The position numbers were made by a program, and so were the translations under genes. Shown one piece after another: positions 14,441 through 21,593 of a stretch of DNA of 21,852 nt. The stretch comes from an uncultured archaeon (GTDB taxonomy: Archaea > Iainarchaeota > Iainarchaeia > Iainarchaeales > CSSED10-239). Under the pieces are notes generated by a model, which had not been told where the DNA came from, did no database searches, and saw only the letters and a program-made list of their open reading frames with translations. Each line of letters opens with the position of its first letter. The stretch's first letter is position 1. Location of the stretch: the NCBI GenBank assembly GCA_964463155.1, contig CAYXAY010000011.1, positions 1 to 21,852 of the forward strand, given 5' to 3'.

Positions 14441-15646
14441 CTAAATAAGTTTCTTTATCTTTTTTAGGGTTTCAGCAAGCTCGTCTATTTCTGATTTTGT
14501 GTTATAGAAATAAAAGGAGACCCTCACTAATCCGTCTTTATTAAAACTAGACACTAATGGTTCAGCACAATGCATTCCTGCACGTGTTGCAATATTACTA
14601 TACTCGTCTAAGAAAGAAGAAAGCTCTCTTGATTTTATTCCTTTAAGGTCAAACAAGACAATTGAACCTTGCTTTTTAGAATCACAAGGATTGTAAAGTT
14701 TTAAATCAGAAATATTATTTAGTTTGTTGATTGCATAATCCGTTAATATCTTGTCCTGTCTTTCAATATTATCAATGCCAACTTTCTTTATATAATCAAT
14801 TGCTGCCAGTGTTCCAAAGGCACCAGCAATGTTAGGAGTTCCTGCTTCAAACTTGTTTGGTAAACTATTCCATGTGGATTTCTTAAAAGTAACCTGTCCA
14901 ATCATGTCTCCTCCGAATCTTACTGGAGAAAACTTATCAAGAAGTTTTTCTTTACCAATCAATATTCCAACGCCTGTTGGTCCAAGCATCTTGTGCATTG
15001 TGCAAGCAAAGAAATCAATGTTTAGTTTTCTAAAATCAACTTTTCTATGAGGCGCCGACTGTGCACCATCAACACAAACAAGACAATTGTATTTTCTTGC
15101 AATCCTTACTATCTCTGAAATAGGAGCAACAGTTCCTGTTGTGTTTGAGATGTGAGCGATTGTTACTAATTTTGTTTTGTTTGTAATCTTTTTTTCAAAA
15201 TCATCAAGATCAAAAGTAAAGTCTTTTTTTATTTGTACAAACTTTAGCTTTAATCCAAGTTTTTGAGAAATAAACTGCCAAGGCACAAGGTTTGCATGAT
15301 GTTCATAGACTGTTGTTAATATCTCGTCTCCTTTCTTGAAATAATTAGAATTGTATAACATATACATTATCATGTTTAGAGAATCCGTGCTGTTATGTGT
15401 TAGGATTACTTCTGTTGGTTTGCAGTTAAAAAACTTTGCAAGCTCTGTGTGGCAAGCCTCATAAATAATGCTTGCTTCTTGAGATAGTTTATAGACCCCC
15501 CTATAAATATTTGCTTGGCAGTATATATAATAATGATTCACTGCATCAACCATTTGTTTTGGTTTAAGGCTAGTTGCTGCGCTATCGAGATAAACAATGT
15601 CTTTTTTTAACAAAGGGAAATCCTTTCTGTATTTTTCTAGAGTCAT
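14441..15646 (-). CDS. sufS: Cysteine desulfurase, SufS/CsdA-type class V aminotransferase
   Basis: Motifs are FPLLKKDIVYLDSAATSLKP, the PLP-lysine block CTMHKMLGPTGVGIL and the catalytic Cys block TRAGMHCAEP. The track ORF starts at a TTG (15793) and overlaps rpl44e. The ATG at 15646 (MTLEKYRKDFPLL) matches the family N-terminus. Confidence 0.85.
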   Translation of the reverse strand: MTLEKYRKDFPLLKKDIVYLDSAATSLKPKQMVDAVNHYYIYCQANIYRGVYKLSQEASIIYEACHTELAKFFNCKPTEVILTHNSTDSLNMIMYMLYNSNYFKKGDEILTTVYEHHANLVPWQFISQKLGLKLKFVQIKKDFTFDLDDFEKKITNKTKLVTIAHISNTTGTVAPISEIVRIARKYNCLVCVDGAQSAPHRKVDFRKLNIDFFACTMHKMLGPTGVGILIGKEKLLDKFSPVRFGGDMIGQVTFKKSTWNSLPNKFEAGTPNIAGAFGTLAAIDYIKKVGIDNIERQDKILTDYAINKLNNISDLKLYNPCDSKKQGSIVLFDLKGIKSRELSSFLDEYSNIATRAGMHCAEPLVSSFNKDGLVRVSFYFYNTKSEIDELAETLKKIKKLI

Positions 15647-15780
15647 TGGTTTTTCACATCTTTCTTCTGAAATTAATATATAAGCAATCTTTTTAAATAA
15701 ATATGGGGCATTATATATTATATAGAGTGATCTAAAATTCTGCTCTTTTTTTATAATATTTAACAAAAGAACGATTATAT

Positions 15781-16065
15781 ATGAAGATACCAAAGCAAAT
15801 CAAAACATACTGTAAGAAATGTAAAAAACACGAGGCGCACAAGCTTTCTCAATATAAAGGGAGAGGAGCTAGACCTATGTCAGTAGGCACCCGAAAATTC
15901 CAAAGAAAGCATAAAAGTGGATATGGGGGTAAAGCAAAAATCATAGGTACGGTCAAAAAACAAAATAAGAAACCAACATTTATCGCGGAATGTATGGTTT
16001 GTAAATCCAAAAGATATTTTGTCATACCAAAGAAAATGAAAAAAACAGAATTAAAGACTGACTAA
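15781..16065 (+). CDS. rpl44e: 50S ribosomal protein L44e (eL42), zinc-ribbon type
   Basis: 94 aa. MKIPKQIKTYCKKCKKHEAHKLSQYKGRG...GYGGKAK...ECMVCKSK carries the two CxxC pairs and the GYGG block of L44e. Confidence 0.9.
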   Translation: MKIPKQIKTYCKKCKKHEAHKLSQYKGRGARPMSVGTRKFQRKHKSGYGGKAKIIGTVKKQNKKPTFIAECMVCKSKRYFVIPKKMKKTELKTD

Positions 16066-16121
16066 AGTCTTTTCTTCTTTTTCTTTAATATTTTTAAATT
16101 CATCTATAATCTATTTATAGT

Positions 16122-16793
16122 ATGAAATTTGACACAATCTATAAGTTTATTGCAGCTAGCTTTGCCATAGCTTATTTTGGTGGTTTGATTGTTGGAATGA
16201 TGGTTGTTAGTTTTGATATTGGAAACTATCAAGAGACAGATATTACTAAGTCTTTTTATCTTACTGGTCAAGTAAGCTTTAGAGATGTTTTTACTGAAAA
16301 CTTAAACCGCGCATTAAAGATGGCAATATTGCCATTCACTTTTCTTATAATAGCAATAAAGTTTGGCTTTAATCATGCAACATATATCTTGTCCCCATTT
16401 TTGGGACAGATTAAGCTTGCTGTTCTTTTTATACCGCAGATATTTTATTTTATTACCTATGTTTTGTTTTCCGTAATTGGGTTAAAGATAATTGCAACCA
16501 CTGTTTTGTTTATTGCCAATAGATATTTGATTAAAGGAAATAAGCAATTTGTCAATATAAAAATATTTGGAACTCATGATGTGCTGTTATTGTATCTTGC
16601 ATTATTGTCTCTAACAATCGGCACATTCACACAGATATATCTTTCAAGGGTGTTTTTCATATTCTTGATTAATTATCAACTAATCACCTATGTATTGATT
16701 CTGTTGATATATGTTGCAATCATTGCATTTTCATTATATATAATTTATCAGACAATAAAGTCTATTTTAAAAGAGAATAAACATGGGTATTGA
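16122..16793 (+). CDS. Polytopic membrane protein (about 6 TM), weakly SpoIIM/DUF95-like
   Basis: 223 aa that is almost entirely hydrophobic helices. FRDVFTENLNRALKMAILPFTFLIIAIKFGFNHATY loosely resembles the F..NL..........G.NG block of the DUF95/SpoIIM family (low certainty). Its stop overlaps the downstream ATPase start by 11 nt. Confidence 0.6.
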   Translation: MKFDTIYKFIAASFAIAYFGGLIVGMMVVSFDIGNYQETDITKSFYLTGQVSFRDVFTENLNRALKMAILPFTFLIIAIKFGFNHATYILSPFLGQIKLAVLFIPQIFYFITYVLFSVIGLKIIATTVLFIANRYLIKGNKQFVNIKIFGTHDVLLLYLALLSLTIGTFTQIYLSRVFFIFLINYQLITYVLILLIYVAIIAFSLYIIYQTIKSILKENKHGY

Positions 16794-18078
16794 TTTTCAA
16801 TCTGAAGAGATTGTTGTTGGAAGAATACAAAGTCAGATAGCTAAGTATGGAAACAAGGGGACCGGCTATATTGGAAAGGTGGTTGTTTCAAGCGGAGAAG
16901 AGCCAGTTCTTGGAAAAAGAGTACTAATGGATGTGTCAAGATCACATGTAGCTATTGTTTGTGGAAAAAGAGGTTCTGGAAAATCTTATGCTATGTCTGT
17001 CTTGATTGAAGAATTTGCAAGACAGCCTTTTGAGATTAAGGAAAGACTTTCAGTTATTGTTATTGACACTGTCGGAATCTTTTGGACAATGAAATATCCT
17101 AACAAGGAAGAAGTAGGGCTTTTAGAGAAATGGAATCTTAAGCCTGAAGGAATAGACATTAGAAATCTTGTTCCTGTTGGTAAGAAAGACTTTTATGAAC
17201 AAAAAAACCTTCAACATGACGGCTTATTCTCAATTAGAACTTCACAAATGGATGTTGAAGACTGGCTTGCTGTTTTTAGACTTAATTGGAGAGACGCAGA
17301 GGCGTCTTTGCTTTCAAGAACCATTGACAAAATAAAGTCAAAGGTTGGAACTCTTTACGATATTGACGATATTATTACTGAAACAAAAAAAGACGAAGAA
17401 ACAACTAAAGAAATTATTAATTCTTTAAACAATCGTTTCTTGGTAGCAAAATCCTGGGGGCTTTTTTCAAGAGCAGGAACAACAATGAAGGAGTTTGCTA
17501 AACCTGGCACAATAACAATTGTTGACACCAGCACCTACAAAGAATCAATTGGTATGGAATCAATTAAAGAATTGATTGTTGGAATCTTAGGCAAAAGACT
17601 TTACGAAGAAAGAATGCTTTACAGAAAAGAAGAAGAAATGTCTCTTTTGTCTAGAGGAAGAAAAGAAAGTGAGATGCCAATCATATGGATGATGATTGAT
17701 GAAGCGCATATGTTTATGCCATCAGACAGACAATCAATGGCACTTGATGTTCTTTTACAATGGGTAAGGGTTGGAAGGCAACCTGGTCTTTCTCTACTTC
17801 TTGCAACACAAAGACCAAACAAACTTCACTCTGAAGCAATATCGCAATGTGATTTTTTCCTAAGCATGAGAATGACTGCTCAAGAAGATATACAAGCAGT
17901 TTCATCAATCAGGCCAAGCTATCTTAATATACCTATGGACAAATACTATGGACAGATGCCAAAAGACCAAGGTTATGCCATCTTGCTTGACGATAACTCA
18001 GAAAAAGTAATGATGATAAAAATGAAGCCAAGAGTAACTTGGGATGGTGGGAAGACAGCTAATGTTTTTATTGATTAA
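16783..18078 (+). CDS. HerA/FtsK-superfamily P-loop ATPase (DUF87-type) with only a vestigial N-terminal HAS-barrel
   Basis: 431 aa. Walker A is HVAIVCGKRGSGKS at residues 55-68, Walker B is IWMMIDEAHMF, and GRQPGLSLLLATQRPNKLHSEAISQCDFFLSMRM matches the conserved HerA/DUF87 C-terminal block. Confidence 0.8.
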   Translation: MGIDFQSEEIVVGRIQSQIAKYGNKGTGYIGKVVVSSGEEPVLGKRVLMDVSRSHVAIVCGKRGSGKSYAMSVLIEEFARQPFEIKERLSVIVIDTVGIFWTMKYPNKEEVGLLEKWNLKPEGIDIRNLVPVGKKDFYEQKNLQHDGLFSIRTSQMDVEDWLAVFRLNWRDAEASLLSRTIDKIKSKVGTLYDIDDIITETKKDEETTKEIINSLNNRFLVAKSWGLFSRAGTTMKEFAKPGTITIVDTSTYKESIGMESIKELIVGILGKRLYEERMLYRKEEEMSLLSRGRKESEMPIIWMMIDEAHMFMPSDRQSMALDVLLQWVRVGRQPGLSLLLATQRPNKLHSEAISQCDFFLSMRMTAQEDIQAVSSIRPSYLNIPMDKYYGQMPKDQGYAILLDDNSEKVMMIKMKPRVTWDGGKTANVFID

Positions 18079-18089
18079 AATAAAGGAAT

Positions 18090-18770
18090 CTATTCATCCA
18101 AAAGCTTGCCACCAAACTCTTTTGCAACAACATCTGCTATCTTTATCTTCTTGCTTGGGCCTTCTATGTAAAGAATACTGTCTTTTTCAAAGTAGATAAC
18201 TAGGCTTTCAGAAGACAATCTAAACTTTACTGTTTGAGCTTTTAATATCTCATCATAGATTAGGTCTATGCTTGAAGCTGGAACAATAATGTCTATTCCA
18301 ACCTTTCTTCCATTTACATGTTCAGCAATGTTATTTAAATCAATTGTTCCAACAACATTAAACTTTAGTATAAACTCCCCAATATTGAATGACTCAATCA
18401 TCTTTTTTAAGAACTCCTTTGATTTCTTAGCTCCATCAAAGCTCATTGTCCTGTAACATCTAAAGTTTTCAAGGAATATGTCGCCAGTAGCAATGCTTTT
18501 TTCAAAACCATTTATTTCTTCTCTTAGGTTTTTGCTTAATGTTACCATTTTCTTATATAGGGAAATTAGCTCTCTTTTCTTTATTTCTTCTTCAATTGTT
18601 GCATTAAGTAATGGCTCTTTTTCGCTTATATCTTGTAAATCCTTTATGTCTTGGGTTAAACTAAGCATAATCTCCTGCATAGGTTTGTAAAGCTCAACAA
18701 GCTTATTTATCTTATACAGGCTCTTGTTTAAAGAATCAAACAATTTAGTTAATTTTATGTCTTCTGGCAT
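18090..18770 (-). CDS. Hypothetical coiled-coil protein with a C-terminal alpha/beta domain
   Basis: I prefer the ATG at 18770 (MPEDIKLTKLF...). The track ORF begins at a TTG (18854) inside an AT-rich promoter-like stretch. It is convergent with the HerA-like gene, with 11 nt between the stops. I recognise no family. Confidence 0.45.
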   Translation of the reverse strand: MPEDIKLTKLFDSLNKSLYKINKLVELYKPMQEIMLSLTQDIKDLQDISEKEPLLNATIEEEIKKRELISLYKKMVTLSKNLREEINGFEKSIATGDIFLENFRCYRTMSFDGAKKSKEFLKKMIESFNIGEFILKFNVVGTIDLNNIAEHVNGRKVGIDIIVPASSIDLIYDEILKAQTVKFRLSSESLVIYFEKDSILYIEGPSKKIKIADVVAKEFGGKLLDE

Positions 18771-19046
18771 AAATTTTCCCCATTTTAGAAATATATATAG
18801 ATTAGAAAAGGAACTATATTTAAAGCTTATCTCTTGAGATAGGTTTAAAAACAAAATTATATAGTTCTTATTGCGGTTTTTTTCTTTATTTTTGGCTTGT
18901 CTTCAATAAGTCTTCTTAATGGCATCTAATTCTCTTTGTGTTGGTTTTCTATCATTAGATTTTGTTACAGAGATTTGACCTTGTCTTTATTGGGTTAGTT
19001 ATTGGTTTTTTGGGATTATATGGTTGGGGGGCGTATTTTATTTCTC

Positions 19047-19958
19047 CTAATGGTTTTCTTTAATCTCAATAAAGGCGTGATATGCTGCAATAGCTCCTTG
19101 GCTTGCAGAAGTCACCACTTGTTTTAAATCTGTGGAATTTGTGGCATCACCTGCTGCAAATATACCTTCTTTGTTTGTTTTTTGGTTTTTATCAACAACT
19201 ATATAGTCTTTTTCATCTAAGGAAATTTCGGTGTTTTTCAAAAGCTCAGTGTTAGGAACAGAACCAATCTCTATAAACAGACCATCAACTATTAGTTCTT
19301 TATTTGTGTTTGTTTTTATTCCCGTTAGTTTTTCTTTACCAAGAAGCTCTGTTATCTCTGTATTGTAAAGTATTTCTATTTTTGGATTATTAATTACTAA
19401 GTCTGTCCAGATCTTTTCTGCTCGCAATTGTTCTTTTCTATAAATCAAATAAACTTTGCTAGCGAGGTCTGCTAAAAGAAGAGCAGAAGTAACTGCAGCG
19501 TCACTTCCTCCAACAACCCCAACAACTTTATTTTTGTAAAAACCACCATCACATGTTGCACAATAGCTTATTCCTTTGCCTATTAATTCTTTTTCTTTGT
19601 CAATACCAAGCCTTGCTCTTGTTCTGCCAATAGCTAGAATTATCTTTTTGCTTTTAATTGTTCTTTGATTAGAATTAACAATAAATTCTTCTTTTTCCTT
19701 ATTGATTGTCATAACTTTTTCAAAAAAAACCTCTACTCCAAAAGACTGTGTTTGATCTAAAGTTTTTTCTGCAAATTCCATTCCAGATATTTCCTTTAAT
19801 CCAGGGAAATTACAAACCTTGTGAGCATAGGCGACTGCTCCGCCAAAGGAATCACTAAACACTATTGTCTTTAGGCCATATCTTGAAGAATATATTGCAG
19901 CAGTCAGTCCTGCTGGGCCCCCCCCAACAATCGCAACATCATAAATAGTTTCGCTCAT
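19047..19958 (-). CDS. trxB: Thioredoxin-disulfide reductase (low-molecular-weight TrxR)
   Basis: 303 aa. The FAD motif is VAIVGGGPAGLTAA, the redox-active site is CATCDG, the second dinucleotide motif is VVGGSDAAV, and GIFAAGDA is near the C-terminus. The start overlaps the upstream stop (ATGA). Confidence 0.9.
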   Translation of the reverse strand: MSETIYDVAIVGGGPAGLTAAIYSSRYGLKTIVFSDSFGGAVAYAHKVCNFPGLKEISGMEFAEKTLDQTQSFGVEVFFEKVMTINKEKEEFIVNSNQRTIKSKKIILAIGRTRARLGIDKEKELIGKGISYCATCDGGFYKNKVVGVVGGSDAAVTSALLLADLASKVYLIYRKEQLRAEKIWTDLVINNPKIEILYNTEITELLGKEKLTGIKTNTNKELIVDGLFIEIGSVPNTELLKNTEISLDEKDYIVVDKNQKTNKEGIFAAGDATNSTDLKQVVTSASQGAIAAYHAFIEIKENH

Positions 19959-20365
19959 TTTTTCTTCCTCTTCTTAATAAATATATCTTCATACAACTTA
20001 TTATAATCCCTTTTCTTTGCTTTTAATCCTAGAGATCTATCAATAGATTCCATACCATATCTTATATTTTCGGGACTAACTTCAATTGTTGGAATGCCAC
20101 ACTCCTCTAAAGCAGCAAAAAATTCTCTATAGGTGATACCAGCAAGCTTTGCCCCCCCAGCAATATTAACTTCTTTGTTTTTGTAGGCTTTTAGAGCCAT
20201 GCCAAGCTTATATTCCTTTAACCCTTTTTCAATTAACTTTCTTAAAAATTCAGACTCTGTTAGATTTTCTTCTTTTGCAATATTGTAAGCCATTTCAGAC
20301 ATTGCATCAGTTAATCTTAATGTTTTTACGTTCTTTCTTTCACAAACAGATTTTACTTTTTTCAT
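19955..20365 (-). CDS. Antitoxin-like protein: N-terminal ribbon-helix-helix fused to a UPF0175 (COG2886)-like domain
   Basis: KTLRLTDAMSEMAYNIAKEENLTESEFLRKLIEKGL fits RHH. LGMALKAYKNKEVNIAGGAKLAGITYREFFAALEECGIP fits the UPF0175 pattern. I prefer the ATG at 20365, whereas the track ORF starts at a GTG (20374). Confidence 0.6.
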   Translation of the reverse strand: MKKVKSVCERKNVKTLRLTDAMSEMAYNIAKEENLTESEFLRKLIEKGLKEYKLGMALKAYKNKEVNIAGGAKLAGITYREFFAALEECGIPTIEVSPENIRYGMESIDRSLGLKAKKRDYNKLYEDIFIKKRKKK

Positions 20366-20377
20366 AAATATCACATT

Positions 20378-20902
20378 TTACATCTTATGTAGCGCTTCTC
20401 TCCCATTCTCTAGATACTCTAATTTCATTGATTTAAATTTTTCTAAAATATTTAATTTCTCTAATGCATCTTCTTTTGTAATCTTGCTATTTTCAACTAA
20501 ATGCAAACAAAAATCAACTATGTTTGTAGCAGCTATGCTATTTCTTTTACAGAAATCATAAGAAATTCCGTTATCAATAAACACAATAATTTTTTCTTCC
20601 TTTGCTAAAGCTAAACTAAATAATTCCCCGGAATCTTTTGTTATCTGACTATCAATGTCACTTGGAACATTCTTTGGGTTTTTTATTTGTATTTCGCCTT
20701 CTTGTTTTAGGATACTATATATTTCTAAATCTAAAGTCAAATATAATTTGATTCTTGTAAAGGCTTGTAACTCTTCTTCCACTTTTTTAGTAACAACAAT
20801 ATCCCAAAGACTAGTAAAAGCATCAACTAAACCTAACTTTACAAGATGAATCCAAAAAGAAGTATCGACTACTGCTTTTGGTTTGTGTTTAACTTTAGGC
20901 AC
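20378..20902 (-). CDS. PIN-like domain protein (COG2405 / DUF3368-type putative toxin)
   Basis: 174 aa. The N-terminal AVVDTSFWIHLVKLGL has the PIN first acidic motif. The remainder follows with ...KKVEEEL..., ...SGELFSLALAKEEKIIVFIDNG... and ...AATNIVDFCLHLVENSKI. It apparently uses a GTG start with a TTTAAATATTT TATA-like box about 30 nt upstream, so it may be leaderless. Confidence 0.6.
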   Translation of the reverse strand: MPKVKHKPKAVVDTSFWIHLVKLGLVDAFTSLWDIVVTKKVEEELQAFTRIKLYLTLDLEIYSILKQEGEIQIKNPKNVPSDIDSQITKDSGELFSLALAKEEKIIVFIDNGISYDFCKRNSIAATNIVDFCLHLVENSKITKEDALEKLNILEKFKSMKLEYLENGREALHKM

Positions 20903-20977
20903 AAATGGATATTATACCAAAAAATATTTAAACGTATTACTTTGTAATACATTTAAGAAAAAGAATATAAAAGGAAA

Positions 20978-21478
20978 TCAGATTACATAATTTTTTCTAA
21001 ATTCTTTATAAACCGATTTTGTTCTTGATTTTGCTTTTTTAGAAACGTTTTCTATAAAATTAATTGCATCTTTTGCACTCATGTTTTGAAGACTAGTAGG
21101 AACAAAAGAACTATGCAATATATTATAGAAATCAGAAGTAAACAAGCCATGCAAATAGCTATATTCTCTTGCTTGTAAATTACTATCTACTGTGCCTACT
21201 TTTATTGAAGTAATTTCTCTTTTAAATAGCTCTTTGAATAGTTTTTCTTTAATCTCGTGAACAGTTCCTTTTTTTGAGACTGCAAGTAAAGAATCAAGTT
21301 TTCTAATCCAATCCTTTAATTCTATTCTCTCTAAATCTGCTTTTCTTATTTTCTTTCTTCTTTCTATTTGTTTTAGGTATTTAATATCTATTTCTCTTTT
21401 ATAGTCAAACTTTGATGCTGTTAGTGGCTTTCCGCCCGTTATTAATTTCTTTCCTGTAGAAAATAATTTAGATGCCAT
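20978..21478 (-). CDS. Basic alpha-helical hypothetical protein (contains an R-x5-H-G motif reminiscent of HEPN)
   Basis: I prefer the ATG at 21478 (MASKLF...), which is preceded by GAGGGAG. The protein is Lys/Arg-rich. QAREYSYLHGLF is the only motif-like element. I recognise no family. Confidence 0.4.
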   Translation of the reverse strand: MASKLFSTGKKLITGGKPLTASKFDYKREIDIKYLKQIERRKKIRKADLERIELKDWIRKLDSLLAVSKKGTVHEIKEKLFKELFKREITSIKVGTVDSNLQAREYSYLHGLFTSDFYNILHSSFVPTSLQNMSAKDAINFIENVSKKAKSRTKSVYKEFRKNYVI

Positions 21479-21512
21479 AATCAATCTCCCTCAAAATTAT
21501 AAATAAATTAAC

Positions 21513-21530
21513 AGGGGTTGTAGAACCCCT
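21513..21530. repeat. GC-rich 7-bp hairpin AGGGGTT-GTAG-AACCCCT between the hypothetical gene and the transposase gene
   Basis: Perfect inverted repeat at 21513-21519 / 21524-21530 in an otherwise AT-rich spacer. It is not positioned behind any gene end, so it is not an obvious terminator. It may be an IS-end structure or a regulatory structure. Confidence 0.3.
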
Positions 21531-21593
21531 CTAACTCCTTAATTATAACATAAATAATATCTAGGTCTTACAACCTATATATTCTGATTTTTT

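Noticed and set aside
14829-15050. 73-aa plus-strand ORF inside sufS
   Set aside because: It is an antisense shadow of the PLP-lysine region of SufS.
15647-15793. N-terminal 49-codon extension of sufS in the ORF track (also similar extensions at 12437-12535, 18771-18854 and 8662-8691)
   Set aside because: These extensions begin at TTG or GTG codons and translate to hydrophobic or low-complexity sequence. They overlap promoter-like AT-rich DNA or the neighbouring rpl44e start. Internal ATGs match the family N-termini or have a Shine-Dalgarno-like context.
17619-17908. Two minus-strand ORFs (67 and 64 aa) inside the HerA-like gene
   Set aside because: They are antisense to the Walker B / ATQRP region and have no independent support.
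18268-18690. Two plus-strand ORFs (62 and 70 aa) opposite the 226-aa hypothetical gene
   Set aside because: They are Ser/Phe/Leu-rich antisense shadows. The minus-strand frame is longer and has a promoter-like upstream region.
18975-19015. G/T-rich stretch with several GG/GGG runs (…TTGGGTTAGTTATTGGTTTTTTGGGATTATATGGTTGGGGGGCG) as a possible G-quadruplex or ncRNA
   Set aside because: It has too few properly spaced G3 tracts and long loops. I saw no box motifs or stable stems, so it is probably just the trxB 3' untranslated or terminator region.
19047-19958. Altered cofactor specificity of TrxR (GGSDAA instead of GGGxSA; YRKEQLR instead of HRRxxxR)
   Set aside because: The key basic residues of the 2'-phosphate site are largely retained (R, K, R). 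The deviations are conservative, so there is not enough evidence to propose a ferredoxin- or F420-dependent enzyme.
20655-20849. 64-aa plus-strand ORF inside the PIN-like gene
   Set aside because: It is an antisense shadow ORF.
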